Assembly (NCBI GenBank): GCA_050287085.1
Contig: JBNKBE010000005.1
Span: 32,001 to 96,000, forward strand
DNA from: Polyangiaceae bacterium
GTDB lineage: Bacteria > Myxococcota_A > Polyangia > Polyangiales > Polyangiaceae
Reading direction: 5' to 3'
Length of the DNA stretch: 64,000 nt
Below are positions 21,425 to 30,812 of the stretch, in pieces. The notes under the pieces were generated by a model that did not search any database, was not told the DNA's origin, and saw nothing but the letters and a program-made list of their open reading frames with translations. A program made the translations under genes and the position numbers. Numbering within the stretch: the first letter of the stretch is position 1; the number at the start of each line of letters is the position of its first letter.

Positions 21425-21545
21425 CCGGAGCCGCTGTGGCTCATGTGGGCTGCAGCTACGTTCATGTTTGACTAGACAAACACGCCCGGAGCCGCTGTGG
21501 CTCATGGGCTGCAGCTACGTTCATGTTTGGCTAGACGGAACACGC
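21425..21545. repeat. Tandem duplication of about 60 bp containing the 3' end of the neighbouring gene
   Basis: 21425-21485 and 21486-21545 are near-identical (ccggagccgctgtggctcatg...gctgcagctacgttcatgtttg.ctagac..aacacgc). Confidence 0.9.
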
Positions 21546-22098
21546 CGAAGGCCCCTGCTTCGTTCCCTTCTTCGTCGCTCGCGCTGTTCATCAGTCGTAG
21601 CTCAACACTTCCATCGAACATGAGCGATATGACAACCAGGTACGGGCCTTCACAGCGTGAATCCACCCAGCCGACGATGTTGCTTTGCTGAGAATCGCTA
21701 AAGAGCAGCGTCGATACCGCATCAGCGCGAAGCTCCTGAGAGACGCGGATCTGCGAGGCCTCGAAGCGATTCCCGTCGTCGCAAGGACCGTCGGCGTCGT
21801 CGAGAAGCGTTAGAGTGCCGGGGCGAGTATCCAGCGTATCGGTGTCGAGTTCGAGCTGAAGTCGCACGCGCTGCGAGAAGCCGCGACGAACGAAAGATGC
21901 TGGGACAATGTTGCCACAGAAGGCCCCAGGGCCTTTGGTATCAAAGCGCTCCGTGTGCTCGCAGGCCACCCCTTGAATGAATGCGCAGACGCCAAAGGCA
22001 GTGCCACGCAGAAGCTCGAAACATCGACTCATCCGCCCCCGTCGCTGACCGAGTGTCGAGCCTGCGCCAAGTGTTCCGCTCCGGATATTGCTAGCCAT
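21502..22098 (-). CDS. Hypothetical lipoprotein
   Basis: Lipobox-like GVAC, beta-rich body with several Cys; overlaps the upstream gene stop. Alternative start at 22032. Confidence 0.7.
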   Translation of the reverse strand: MASNIRSGTLGAGSTLGQRRGRMSRCFELLRGTAFGVCAFIQGVACEHTERFDTKGPGAFCGNIVPASFVRRGFSQRVRLQLELDTDTLDTRPGTLTLLDDADGPCDDGNRFEASQIRVSQELRADAVSTLLFSDSQQSNIVGWVDSRCEGPYLVVISLMFDGSVELRLMNSASDEEGNEAGAFGVFRLAKHERSCSP

Positions 22099-25000
22099 CG
22101 TAGTTCTCCATCAAGTGCCCCAGGGCATCGCGCACCGCTGGCTCGACCTCGGTCGCCAGAAGGCGAGCCCCGATCGCGGACCGCTGCGGGTAAGGAACCC
22201 AATGCAGCGAACGCACCGCCGCCTCGCGGACCAGCGCGTATCGGTCCCCTGCAGCTGCGCGCTCGAGCGCCCCAAGCGCTCGCTCCTGGGCCGCCGGCGG
22301 CAGAGCAGCACTCCCAAAGAGCGCCGACGCCGCGGCGACCCTCACAGTCCAGCTACGCGAGCTGCCAAGGAGCGAGATCACAGGGCCCAGATGTGCCAGC
22401 AGCGACTCGCTACGCAGGGCGCCCAAAATCGCTCGCTGCACGGGAGGAGCGTCGTCCATCAGACGCCCATTTACCGCCTCGACCACAGGCGCCTCCGAAC
22501 GACGAGCGAGAAACGCCGAAACCACACCCCGATCCGCTGTGCTGGGACTGTCCAGAGCCGGCAAGAAGACAAGCGCGGAACGCTCCAAGACGGTGTCTAC
22601 CAATGCCGCTAGACGCTGGCGGAGTCCGCCTTCAAGCCGCGCACTTTCGATTCCCCACAGCGTGCGTCCCTCCGCAGGCGCGTCCAAGAGTCGAGCCAAG
22701 CGCGCCGCTGAAGCCGGTTCAGCTCCGAGCGTGTCATGGACCGCCGCGGCGAGGTCGGGCGCCGCCAATTCCAAGGCAGCGATGCGCTGAGCATCGGATA
22801 CAGGCACATCGAGCCACTGGCCAATGAGAGCGTAGGGAACCGCGAGCTCACGGGCAGCAGGGTTCAAACCTCGCTTCTTCCCGATGCCCGAGAGCAGAGC
22901 AAGTGCCCGAGCGCCAGAGCCGCGGGGGCCTGCAACCAACTGCGTGCACAAACGCATGCGACCTTCCTCCGCCCGCGCGGAAACCAAAGCGCTCAACCCC
23001 GCCCAGCGCAGCACCGGTTCCGATTCTAGGCTCAGCTCGCGCAGGGCCCCAACCACCTCCGGCCGCGGATGAACAGAGAAGTAGAGAGCAGCGGCCGCGC
23101 GCACGGCACCGCTTTCCTCCAATGATTCCAACTTCTCCCGCATCAAAGCTGTGGTCGTAGGTGAGACCTTCTCTCGTTCAGCCGCGGCCAAGGCAGCCAA
23201 CACCCGCGAGGCCACCGACGTAGCGTTCAACGCACCTTCCCCCAGGCGGAGGGCTGCCGGAGTATCGAGTCGCAGCAGAGTCCAAAGGGCAGCCAGTGCA
23301 ACGACGTCTCCGTCGGCGGCATATTCTGGAGCGTCACCGAGGAGGGCAAGCAAGCGAGACTCTAGCTCGGGAGCAGGCGCCTGCGCGACGACCAACAGAG
23401 CCTCTGCCCGCAATTCAGCCTCTCCCGGGCCCGTCGCGAACGCGACCAGAGCCGCATTGGCGAGCGGCGAGGCGATCGCGGCCAGAAGATTCAGCGCCTG
23501 TCGTCGCACCGCCGCGCTTTCATCCGCGAGCGACTCGACGAGTGGGCGTATCGCTCGCGGCGCGAGGGAGCGTAGTGCGCCTCGTGCGGCCTCCACGATC
23601 ACGGCGTCTGCGCTTTGCAGCGCCTCCAAGTGCGGCCGGGCCCACTGTGTGTAGAGCTCAAGCAGCAGATGGCGATGCGTTGCTAGGCGCGTTTGCCCCA
23701 CGAGGAGCGGAGCCCAGTCTCGCTCCAGCTTCAGGAGGGTACCCGCCTGGCGATGGAGCTCGACACTGGTACGGCCCGCGCGCAAGATGATTTCTTCGTC
23801 ACGGGCGCGACGAACCACCTCCCGCAGCAACTCGTCAGCCTCGTCGCGTTTGCCGGCATCTAGCAGCAAGTCAGAAAGCAAGAAGGCCGCCTCAAACAGC
23901 GCGGGATCGGCGGCAAGGGCCCGTCTCAATTCGAGGATGGCCTCCGCAAACTGTCCGCGCTGGCGATGGAGTTGAGCCAGTCTTAGGTTCAACGTCGCGT
24001 CGTCCGGGCCTGCTTGAGCGGCCTGGAGCGCATAGCGCAGGGCGGCGTCATCCTCGTACAAGCGCTCGGCATATTGTGACATGCGCCGCAGATGGGCCCG
24101 AGCCCGTGGCGCATCTGCCTTGACCAGACGCGCCACGATCTCCAGGGCGCGCCGGTAGTCCAAGCGCTGAACCAGCAATCGCTCGAGGCGCGTGAGCGCT
24201 GAGATGTCGTTTGGGTTCAGGTCGAGCAAACGCGCCAACGTTGACTCAGCGCGCTCGGCTGCGCCGAGACGCAAATACACCTCGACCAGCAGACGTCCCG
24301 CTACCTCATCGGGTGGCGTTCTGCCAAAGGCGTCCTCGAGAACGCGGGACTCCGCCTCGAGGACTCCCGCAAAGGACCAGAGAGTCACCAGGTGGTTCTG
24401 AGCCTCGCTCCGAGCTGGTGCGTCCCCCTGCTTCGACCACAGAAGCTCGCGCCAGAGTGCGATAGCTGCGGCCCGATCCGCGTCGGGCGTCGCCGCCCCA
24501 TCCAACGTCGCCCGTCGTTCATAAGCGCGCGCGAGCAGCTTTTTTGTCGCCAAGTCTCCCGGGGAATCCGCTTGGGCACGCTCTAGCTCCAATACGGCCT
24601 CAGCGACAAGACCGTGCTCCAGCAAGACGTCTCCCAGGCGGCGACGTAGCGCTGCAGGGTCGCCGCTCTTGAGCATACGCCGCCAAACCTCAAGCGCCGC
24701 ATCGCTTTGCCCCGCACGAAAAAGGCGGCGCCCCAGCTCCATCAGGCGCTCGACGTCATGACCACTGCCGGCTGCAGCCTTACGCAACAAGCGCTCCACC
24801 TGGGGATGCTCGCCAAGCTTGTCATATAGGTCGACGATCCGATCCAGCAGCTCGGGCTGGTGCTGGGCGCGCCCCTCCAGCGTGCGCAAGGTGTGCAGCG
24901 CGTCCGCCCGACGCCCTTGCATTCGCAGCGCCTCGACCAAGGCGACGGCGGCCCCGACGTCGTCGGGTGACTGCGACACGAGCGCGCGACGCTGCTCCAG

Positions 25001-26173
25001 CGCGCTCTCGAACTGCCCCTGCAACTCGAGCAGCTCGATCAGCTGCTGACGCACCTCGATATCCCGTGGACGAAGCGTTTGCGCACGACGCGCAGCCTTC
25101 AGAGCCGCCTCCAGCTGACCCAGTTCCTCGAACACGCGAGCTGCGGCGCGTTGGGCCTCGAAGTCAGCCATCATCTGGGCAAGACGCTCACCTATATGTG
25201 GCAGCTCCAGCGCTCCTCGAGCCGCTTCGACCAGCAAGGAGAAAACCTCCCGTCGCAAGCCCGACCCCGGCGGCGACGCACGAGCCGCGCGCCACAAGGC
25301 CGACTGCGCGCGATCGAACTTGGCGGTCTTGAGCAAAACCCGCCCGTAGTCCCGCAGTGCCGGAGCTAGCGCCCGCGCGTCACCGGCAGCTCCGTCCACG
25401 AGCTTTCGGCTCTCCGCCTCCGCCTCCGGGTACAAGCGGCGAGCCAGGAGCTCGCTCGCGAACTCGGCGCGGACGAAGTAGGAGCCGCCCGCCGCTTGCA
25501 CCAGCGTCTCGTGAAAGCGCCGTGCGGCCGTCACATTGCCTTGGTCCAGCTGGAGCTGCATCAGGCGCCGCGCCGTGGTCTCGCGCTCCATGGGCTCGGT
25601 CAGGGCCCCGAGCGCAACTTCTAGCTGCGACGCAGCTTCCGCTTGACGCCCGAGACGGATGAGGAGATCCGCGTAGGCCACCCGCACGCGAGGCTCCCCC
25701 GGAGCTACGGCCAGGGCCTGCTCAAAGCGCCGAGCCGCGTCGTCCAGCTGGTTATCGAGCACAAGCAGCCCCGCCAGGGCCACCAGAGGGCGGTACTGCT
25801 GCTGACCGGGCACCTGGGAAAGGGCCTCGAACTCCGCGAGCAAGGCCCCAAGCCCTCCCTCCTGCCCGCGGCTCAGCGCGGCCAGGCGCTGCAAGGGAAA
25901 GACCACACCCGGCTGCTCCAAGGCCACCCGCTTGTAGCGCGCGATCAGTCGCTCGACAGACTCCGGCTGCGCCTCCCGCGAGGCAACGGTAGCCCCCCGC
26001 GCTTTCGGGCGAGTTCGCGACGCGCCCTTGCCTCCGGACGCTCCGCTCTTCTTGCGCCCCCGCGGGTCAAAGCCCTGAGCCGTATCGGGCGCCGCGACTG
26101 CACCGAGCCCCAGCGCCGCACACAAAGCGACCAGGCGAAGCGAAACGAGTCGGTTGCGGCGTGCCGTCACCAA
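22091..26173 (-). CDS. Large exported TPR/HEAT-repeat protein
   Basis: Signal peptide, about 800 aa of TPR-like helical repeats, then HEAT/PBS repeats (SLADESAAVRRQA, DRYALVREAAVRSL). Confidence 0.85.
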   Translation of the reverse strand: MVTARRNRLVSLRLVALCAALGLGAVAAPDTAQGFDPRGRKKSGASGGKGASRTRPKARGATVASREAQPESVERLIARYKRVALEQPGVVFPLQRLAALSRGQEGGLGALLAEFEALSQVPGQQQYRPLVALAGLLVLDNQLDDAARRFEQALAVAPGEPRVRVAYADLLIRLGRQAEAASQLEVALGALTEPMERETTARRLMQLQLDQGNVTAARRFHETLVQAAGGSYFVRAEFASELLARRLYPEAEAESRKLVDGAAGDARALAPALRDYGRVLLKTAKFDRAQSALWRAARASPPGSGLRREVFSLLVEAARGALELPHIGERLAQMMADFEAQRAAARVFEELGQLEAALKAARRAQTLRPRDIEVRQQLIELLELQGQFESALEQRRALVSQSPDDVGAAVALVEALRMQGRRADALHTLRTLEGRAQHQPELLDRIVDLYDKLGEHPQVERLLRKAAAGSGHDVERLMELGRRLFRAGQSDAALEVWRRMLKSGDPAALRRRLGDVLLEHGLVAEAVLELERAQADSPGDLATKKLLARAYERRATLDGAATPDADRAAAIALWRELLWSKQGDAPARSEAQNHLVTLWSFAGVLEAESRVLEDAFGRTPPDEVAGRLLVEVYLRLGAAERAESTLARLLDLNPNDISALTRLERLLVQRLDYRRALEIVARLVKADAPRARAHLRRMSQYAERLYEDDAALRYALQAAQAGPDDATLNLRLAQLHRQRGQFAEAILELRRALAADPALFEAAFLLSDLLLDAGKRDEADELLREVVRRARDEEIILRAGRTSVELHRQAGTLLKLERDWAPLLVGQTRLATHRHLLLELYTQWARPHLEALQSADAVIVEAARGALRSLAPRAIRPLVESLADESAAVRRQALNLLAAIASPLANAALVAFATGPGEAELRAEALLVVAQAPAPELESRLLALLGDAPEYAADGDVVALAALWTLLRLDTPAALRLGEGALNATSVASRVLAALAAAEREKVSPTTTALMREKLESLEESGAVRAAAALYFSVHPRPEVVGALRELSLESEPVLRWAGLSALVSARAEEGRMRLCTQLVAGPRGSGARALALLSGIGKKRGLNPAARELAVPYALIGQWLDVPVSDAQRIAALELAAPDLAAAVHDTLGAEPASAARLARLLDAPAEGRTLWGIESARLEGGLRQRLAALVDTVLERSALVFLPALDSPSTADRGVVSAFLARRSEAPVVEAVNGRLMDDAPPVQRAILGALRSESLLAHLGPVISLLGSSRSWTVRVAAASALFGSAALPPAAQERALGALERAAAGDRYALVREAAVRSLHWVPYPQRSAIGARLLATEVEPAVRDALGHLMENYDG

Positions 26174-26236
26174 TAGAGCTTACAGGGCTCCGCCCCTAGC
26201 GTCACGCGCCGCGAAGGTCGGAGACTCGCTGGGTCG

Positions 26237-28108
26237 CTACTTCGTCTTGGAGTTGACGAAGAATTCGACATAGTCTTTGCGCAGACGTGCCTTGAACCCC
26301 GGTGGTTTACCTTTGAAGCGAAAGGTCACGGTGCTGCCCGCCGGACCGTTGTCCACCCGCACGTGTGTGATTCGGGTGTCGTGAGCGGCGATGTTGTCGC
26401 CATTCTCCATAATGCGACGCCCGGGGATCACCACGCGAAAGCCGCTTTCGGTCGTGTGCCCTTGGAGAGCACTGCCTGGCCCATCCAAGCGCAAGCGGTG
26501 CACTACGGGGAGTACCATGCGCCCGACCTGAAACTGACGATCTCCCCCCGGCGCCGCGTCGGAGCGGTCCTGAGGAATAGGCGCTGCCTTCGACAGAGCG
26601 GGAGTCTTTCCGAACACCTGGTCCTGAGCCATCGAAAGCTCGTCGACGACTTGAGAGCGAGACGGGGTATCGGGGGCAGCCTCCGTCGTAGCCAGGCGCT
26701 GCTTGCCGAATAGGGGTACCTCGGCCACTATTCCATTCGGCCCCACCGCGAGCTGCTCTTCCGTGTCGAGGCGTGAAATCTCGGGAAACTCCCCTGGCTC
26801 CGGCGGCAGACTCGATGCCATCACAGATGGCTCACCTGAGGCCGTCAGGCGCGACTCTTGGCCTTTGGATGCGACCTCGTCCGGGTTTCTCGCCAAGGTC
26901 AGGCCTACGCCTGCCAACACCAAGGCCGCCGCAGCCGCCACCCAGCGCCCTTTCTTCTGAGCACTCAGCGCCCCAACGCCGCTCTTGCCGGCAGCGGCCG
27001 GCGCGCGCGAAACGCGTCCATTCGCACGATGGGTGCGGCGAACAGCACTGGGCACGGGTCTCGAGCCGCGCGGCGCAGGCGATGTCGACCGCCGTACCCC
27101 GGCGCTCTCCGCCTCGCCCTTGTTGGCTTTGAGCGCGGGAAACGCGCGAGCTCGCTCAGCCAGTGTCGCCGCTGCGCCCGACACCCGGCGGGAGGCATCG
27201 CGCATCGCTCTTCCGGCGTGGCTCGCCCAGGCCTCGACGCGCCCCTTGAACAACTCCTCGGCCGCCAACAGCTCGAGATCGGGATCACCTGCGCCGTCGA
27301 CCTCATCCTCATTGAGCTCTTCGTCTGCATCGGACGCCGGCGCTCGTGAATGCTGCGCCCTGTTCACCTGCTCGATAACCAGCGGCTCGGGCGTCTCGTC
27401 GGCATCGTACGGGCCGGTCCCAAGCGAGAGTACCAAATGCGGTATCTGCGTTTCCGGATCGATGCTGATGTCAACAGCATGTAACGTCGCATGGCGTCCG
27501 CCCGAGACCCCACCCACCTCGACCTCCAGCTCACTCCCCAAACGCAGGAACTCGAGCTGGGAGCCAACGGACAACAGCCGCCCGCCAGAATCGAAGACAC
27601 GGGCCTTCATCGGAGCTCCAAGTCCGGCCATATGGAGGCGAACGTCCGAGCCCGCCGCAATGCGCGCGACACTCGACGGCTCAGGAAGCGTCGCCGACTC
27701 GCTCTCGGCGCTGGGGACCGCGGACCCTTCGTCGTTGGCCGCCGACACTCGATTGTCGTCAGGCACCGCCGCTTCGGACGCAGCAGCGCAGACCGAGCGC
27801 AGCAGTCGAATACTATCGCTGTCTACTGCGGTAAAGCGAATCCCCAGCAGCCCCGGCCCCGGCGCATCGCCCCACGCCACATCCCCTTCGATGACCGCTT
27901 CCTCTCCGTTCTCTTGAAAGCGCAAGACAATCGCCGTTCCGGGTGCTGGCACAAACGACGAACGCACGCACATGCCACGTCCGCTGAGGTTGAGCGACTG
28001 TGCTTCAAACACCGACGCCGCCTTGTCCCGCGCGCAAATTTCCACCTTGGTCTGGTGGGCAACGCGTCGCGTGCGCTTCGCCCGACGGTCTTCCTGTTGC
28101 ATTTCCAT
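26237..28108 (-). CDS. PilZ-domain membrane protein
   Basis: N-terminal Arg-rich RxxxR and NLSGRG motifs, GIRF, a second PilZ-like beta domain, one TM helix and a C-terminal periplasmic beta domain. Confidence 0.8.
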   Translation of the reverse strand: MEMQQEDRRAKRTRRVAHQTKVEICARDKAASVFEAQSLNLSGRGMCVRSSFVPAPGTAIVLRFQENGEEAVIEGDVAWGDAPGPGLLGIRFTAVDSDSIRLLRSVCAAASEAAVPDDNRVSAANDEGSAVPSAESESATLPEPSSVARIAAGSDVRLHMAGLGAPMKARVFDSGGRLLSVGSQLEFLRLGSELEVEVGGVSGGRHATLHAVDISIDPETQIPHLVLSLGTGPYDADETPEPLVIEQVNRAQHSRAPASDADEELNEDEVDGAGDPDLELLAAEELFKGRVEAWASHAGRAMRDASRRVSGAAATLAERARAFPALKANKGEAESAGVRRSTSPAPRGSRPVPSAVRRTHRANGRVSRAPAAAGKSGVGALSAQKKGRWVAAAAALVLAGVGLTLARNPDEVASKGQESRLTASGEPSVMASSLPPEPGEFPEISRLDTEEQLAVGPNGIVAEVPLFGKQRLATTEAAPDTPSRSQVVDELSMAQDQVFGKTPALSKAAPIPQDRSDAAPGGDRQFQVGRMVLPVVHRLRLDGPGSALQGHTTESGFRVVIPGRRIMENGDNIAAHDTRITHVRVDNGPAGSTVTFRFKGKPPGFKARLRKDYVEFFVNSKTK

Positions 28109-28293
28109 AGGCCCTCGAAAGTCGATCTAGGGTGCCGCGGAGGAGGTCTGACCGCGGTTCGCTAAGTCGTCCCCTAAGCGTACCCATTGGCCAGGGCCAA
28201 GTTTTTCGACAGCAGCTAGGCCAGCAGCCCCGCTGGGCCATCAAACAGATTGCTTTGCAACCGCAACTGCGCTCCGGTAGGGACTGAGCGGCG

Positions 28294-29322
28294 ATGGCGC
28301 TCACATTGACGATCCGTTCGGGTGATGCCGAAGCGCAGTCGGTCACCTTCGACGCGCCGCGGATTGTGTTGGGACGCGCCAGTGGGTGCGACGTCGTGTT
28401 GCCCGATCCGAGCGTCAGCCACCGCCACGCGTCGATCCGTCAACGAGGCAGCGACTATATCGTGCTTGATGAGGGCTCGACCAATGGGACCTTCGTCGGG
28501 CCACTACGCCTGTCGGACGGAGCCCCGCGGGTGCTCAAGCATGGCGACCTGCTACGCGTCGGGCGCGTCTGGCTGGAAGTGGCACTTGGGCCCGAGGTGT
28601 CCTCACCCAACCCGGCCCAGCTCACCAAGGAAATGGCTCTCCGGCTCATCTCGAGCGCACTGGAAGCATCCGATGCCCCTCACGCCCACCCCGAAGTACA
28701 CGTGGTCAGTGGACCGTCCGTGGGCAAGACGCTGGTGCTTGGTCGCTTCAGCGCGCCCTATTGTGTGGGCCGCGGCAAGGGCTCGGATCTGGTCATTGAA
28801 GACGAAAGTGTGTCGCGTCGGCATATCGAAATCACGCGCCGCGGCCTGCACGTATACGTTCGCGAACTGGGCACGAAGAACGGCGCGGTTCTGGGTGAGG
28901 CTCCACTCGAGCGCAACGTAGAAACCCTATGGTCTCGTTCGCGAAGCTTGATGGTGGGGGAAAGCACCCTCGAACTCAGCGATGTGGTAGCCGAACTGCT
29001 CGCTGAACTCGACGCCGCCCCCGATGAGCTCATCGAAGGTCCCGTCGATCCGCCCGTAAACCCAAGCGCCGATGCGCGCACGACCGGACTTGAAGCAAAT
29101 GTCGTCCAACCTCGTCGTGCTCCGCAACTGAAAGCTCGCCCGGTCCACGCTACCCCACTGCCCACCCCCGAACCGAGTCCCGTCCGCTCGGCGGCCTGGC
29201 CCGTGAAGGTATCGGACGAACGCAAGGCGCGGCGCTGGTCGGCTGCAGATCTAGTGGTCGCCCTGCTCGCGCTGGGTGTCTTGCTCACGAGCCTCGCGGC
29301 GCTCGCCTGGCTGCTCGAATAG
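28294..29322 (+). CDS. Double FHA-domain membrane protein
   Basis: GRASGCDVVLPDPSVSHRHA...GSTNGT and GRGKGSDLVIEDESVSRRH...GTKNG, a Pro-rich linker and a C-terminal TM helix. Confidence 0.9.
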   Translation: MALTLTIRSGDAEAQSVTFDAPRIVLGRASGCDVVLPDPSVSHRHASIRQRGSDYIVLDEGSTNGTFVGPLRLSDGAPRVLKHGDLLRVGRVWLEVALGPEVSSPNPAQLTKEMALRLISSALEASDAPHAHPEVHVVSGPSVGKTLVLGRFSAPYCVGRGKGSDLVIEDESVSRRHIEITRRGLHVYVRELGTKNGAVLGEAPLERNVETLWSRSRSLMVGESTLELSDVVAELLAELDAAPDELIEGPVDPPVNPSADARTTGLEANVVQPRRAPQLKARPVHATPLPTPEPSPVRSAAWPVKVSDERKARRWSAADLVVALLALGVLLTSLAALAWLLE

Positions 29323-29396
29323 GGCGCACGCATAGTACTCCCTCCCGTCACGGACCGCGCGGCCTCGCTCACCTCAACGCGAGCGGCGCCCTTAGC

Positions 29397-30812
29397 TCAC
29401 CCCAGCACGCCGCTCAGCCCCCCCCCCTCCGCCAGTCGAAGGTCGCCAAAGCTCGGCTCGTCCATCCCCATCGCATGCATGCACGTAAGAAGCATCTGCG
29501 AGAACCCCGCCTCGTTGCGCAGGTCGTGAAAACGCCCTCGCTCCAGGGAAGGCAGGCCGCTGGCAAGCACCACAAGCTGATCGTCGATACTGTGCACGTC
29601 TCCTTGCCCTAGCTCGTTCCAGTGCACGACCAGCGTCGTATCCCACAGCGTGCCCGCTCCTTCGGGTGTGGCCTTAAGGAGGTCAAAGAGGCGAACTGAG
29701 TTCTCCCAAAGGTGACGATGAATACTGCGAATCTGCGCGTACGCCGCCTCAGTACTGATGTGTGAGAGGTCGTGATGTGGCTCGGTGATTCCGAGTTCAC
29801 GATAGGTCCGCGTGCTGACACCCCCAGCCCACGCGAAGTTCACGCAGCGAGTTAGGTCGCAGGCCAGCGCCAGCGCTATCAGCTGGTGAAATGCCGCACC
29901 GGCGGCGACATGCCCGGCATCCAAGTATACGTTGCCCTCGAGCTCCAACGGAATCGGCTCACACGCGCCGGAGTTCCTGCGCGGCACGAGCGCTCTTTCG
30001 ACCTCTCGAAGCGACTCGCTGTATTGCTCGAGACGCATCCGGTCGCCTGCGCCGAGTTGCTTCGCCAGCGCCGTGTTGTTTTCGATGACCAGGTCAAGGA
30101 CGGACTGCTGACGGATGAGTCGTTCACTCAGAGCGTCATCGTCCGTTCCATCTCCGAACAGACGCAGGTAAGCCGCTATCGGATCTGTCTCCGGGGGGAT
30201 CGGGTTCTGCGTGCCAACCGGCCCCGCATGTGCCGTGTGATTGTTGATGTTGTTCTGTAGGCCCCCGACCCGATAGACTAGCTGACGATAGGCAAGCGCA
30301 GGGTTCCGCTGCAGAAGAAACTCCCCGATGACGGTGTCGACGCTTGGCCCGAGCACGTAGCCGATACGTCGATCCTCTCCGAAGACGGTGAAGTCCCCTT
30401 CGCCCTGGGGCCAGGGTGCCAATGCCATCGTACCCTCCTGATGCCGATCTCCGCGCTCGGACACCATGAAGTTTCCGAACCGCTTATCAAGTCGATGAAG
30501 CACCACCAGCTCGTCTCGATAGCGCTCAAGCGGCGCCAAGAAGTCGCCAAATGCAAAGTCGGTGGCGCCCTCGCGAGTGAAACGACTCGCAACATGGTCC
30601 CCGTTGGGCTTGAACTCGAAGACAATGCGCCGCGGGCTCTCGAACTGTCCGCGTGCGGAGCGTTCTTGCATGGCTTCGAATAGCGGAAGGCTGACGGCGG
30701 CGCCAAGCGCGCCCCGCAGCAGGGTTCGGCGCGGGAGTCGCCGAATCAGATGGCTACGAGGCCTTCTAGCTCCAAGAGCGTCCGACGTCCGTGGCTTACC
30801 TGCCGTTGTCAT
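29397..30812 (-). CDS. DUF1552 (HXXSHH-like) family Tat-exported protein
   Basis: RRTLLRGALGAAVSLP, FKPNG, SVLD, DRMRLEQYSESLREVER, LALACDLTR, HHDLSH, GTLWDTT. Confidence 0.9.
   Translation of the reverse strand: MTTAGKPRTSDALGARRPRSHLIRRLPRRTLLRGALGAAVSLPLFEAMQERSARGQFESPRRIVFEFKPNGDHVASRFTREGATDFAFGDFLAPLERYRDELVVLHRLDKRFGNFMVSERGDRHQEGTMALAPWPQGEGDFTVFGEDRRIGYVLGPSVDTVIGEFLLQRNPALAYRQLVYRVGGLQNNINNHTAHAGPVGTQNPIPPETDPIAAYLRLFGDGTDDDALSERLIRQQSVLDLVIENNTALAKQLGAGDRMRLEQYSESLREVERALVPRRNSGACEPIPLELEGNVYLDAGHVAAGAAFHQLIALALACDLTRCVNFAWAGGVSTRTYRELGITEPHHDLSHISTEAAYAQIRSIHRHLWENSVRLFDLLKATPEGAGTLWDTTLVVHWNELGQGDVHSIDDQLVVLASGLPSLERGRFHDLRNEAGFSQMLLTCMHAMGMDEPSFGDLRLAEGGGLSGVLG

Noticed and set aside
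29418..29427. G10 tract in DUF1552 gene as a phase-variation switch
   Set aside because: It lies within the last ~10 codons (EGGG), so slippage would barely alter the protein.
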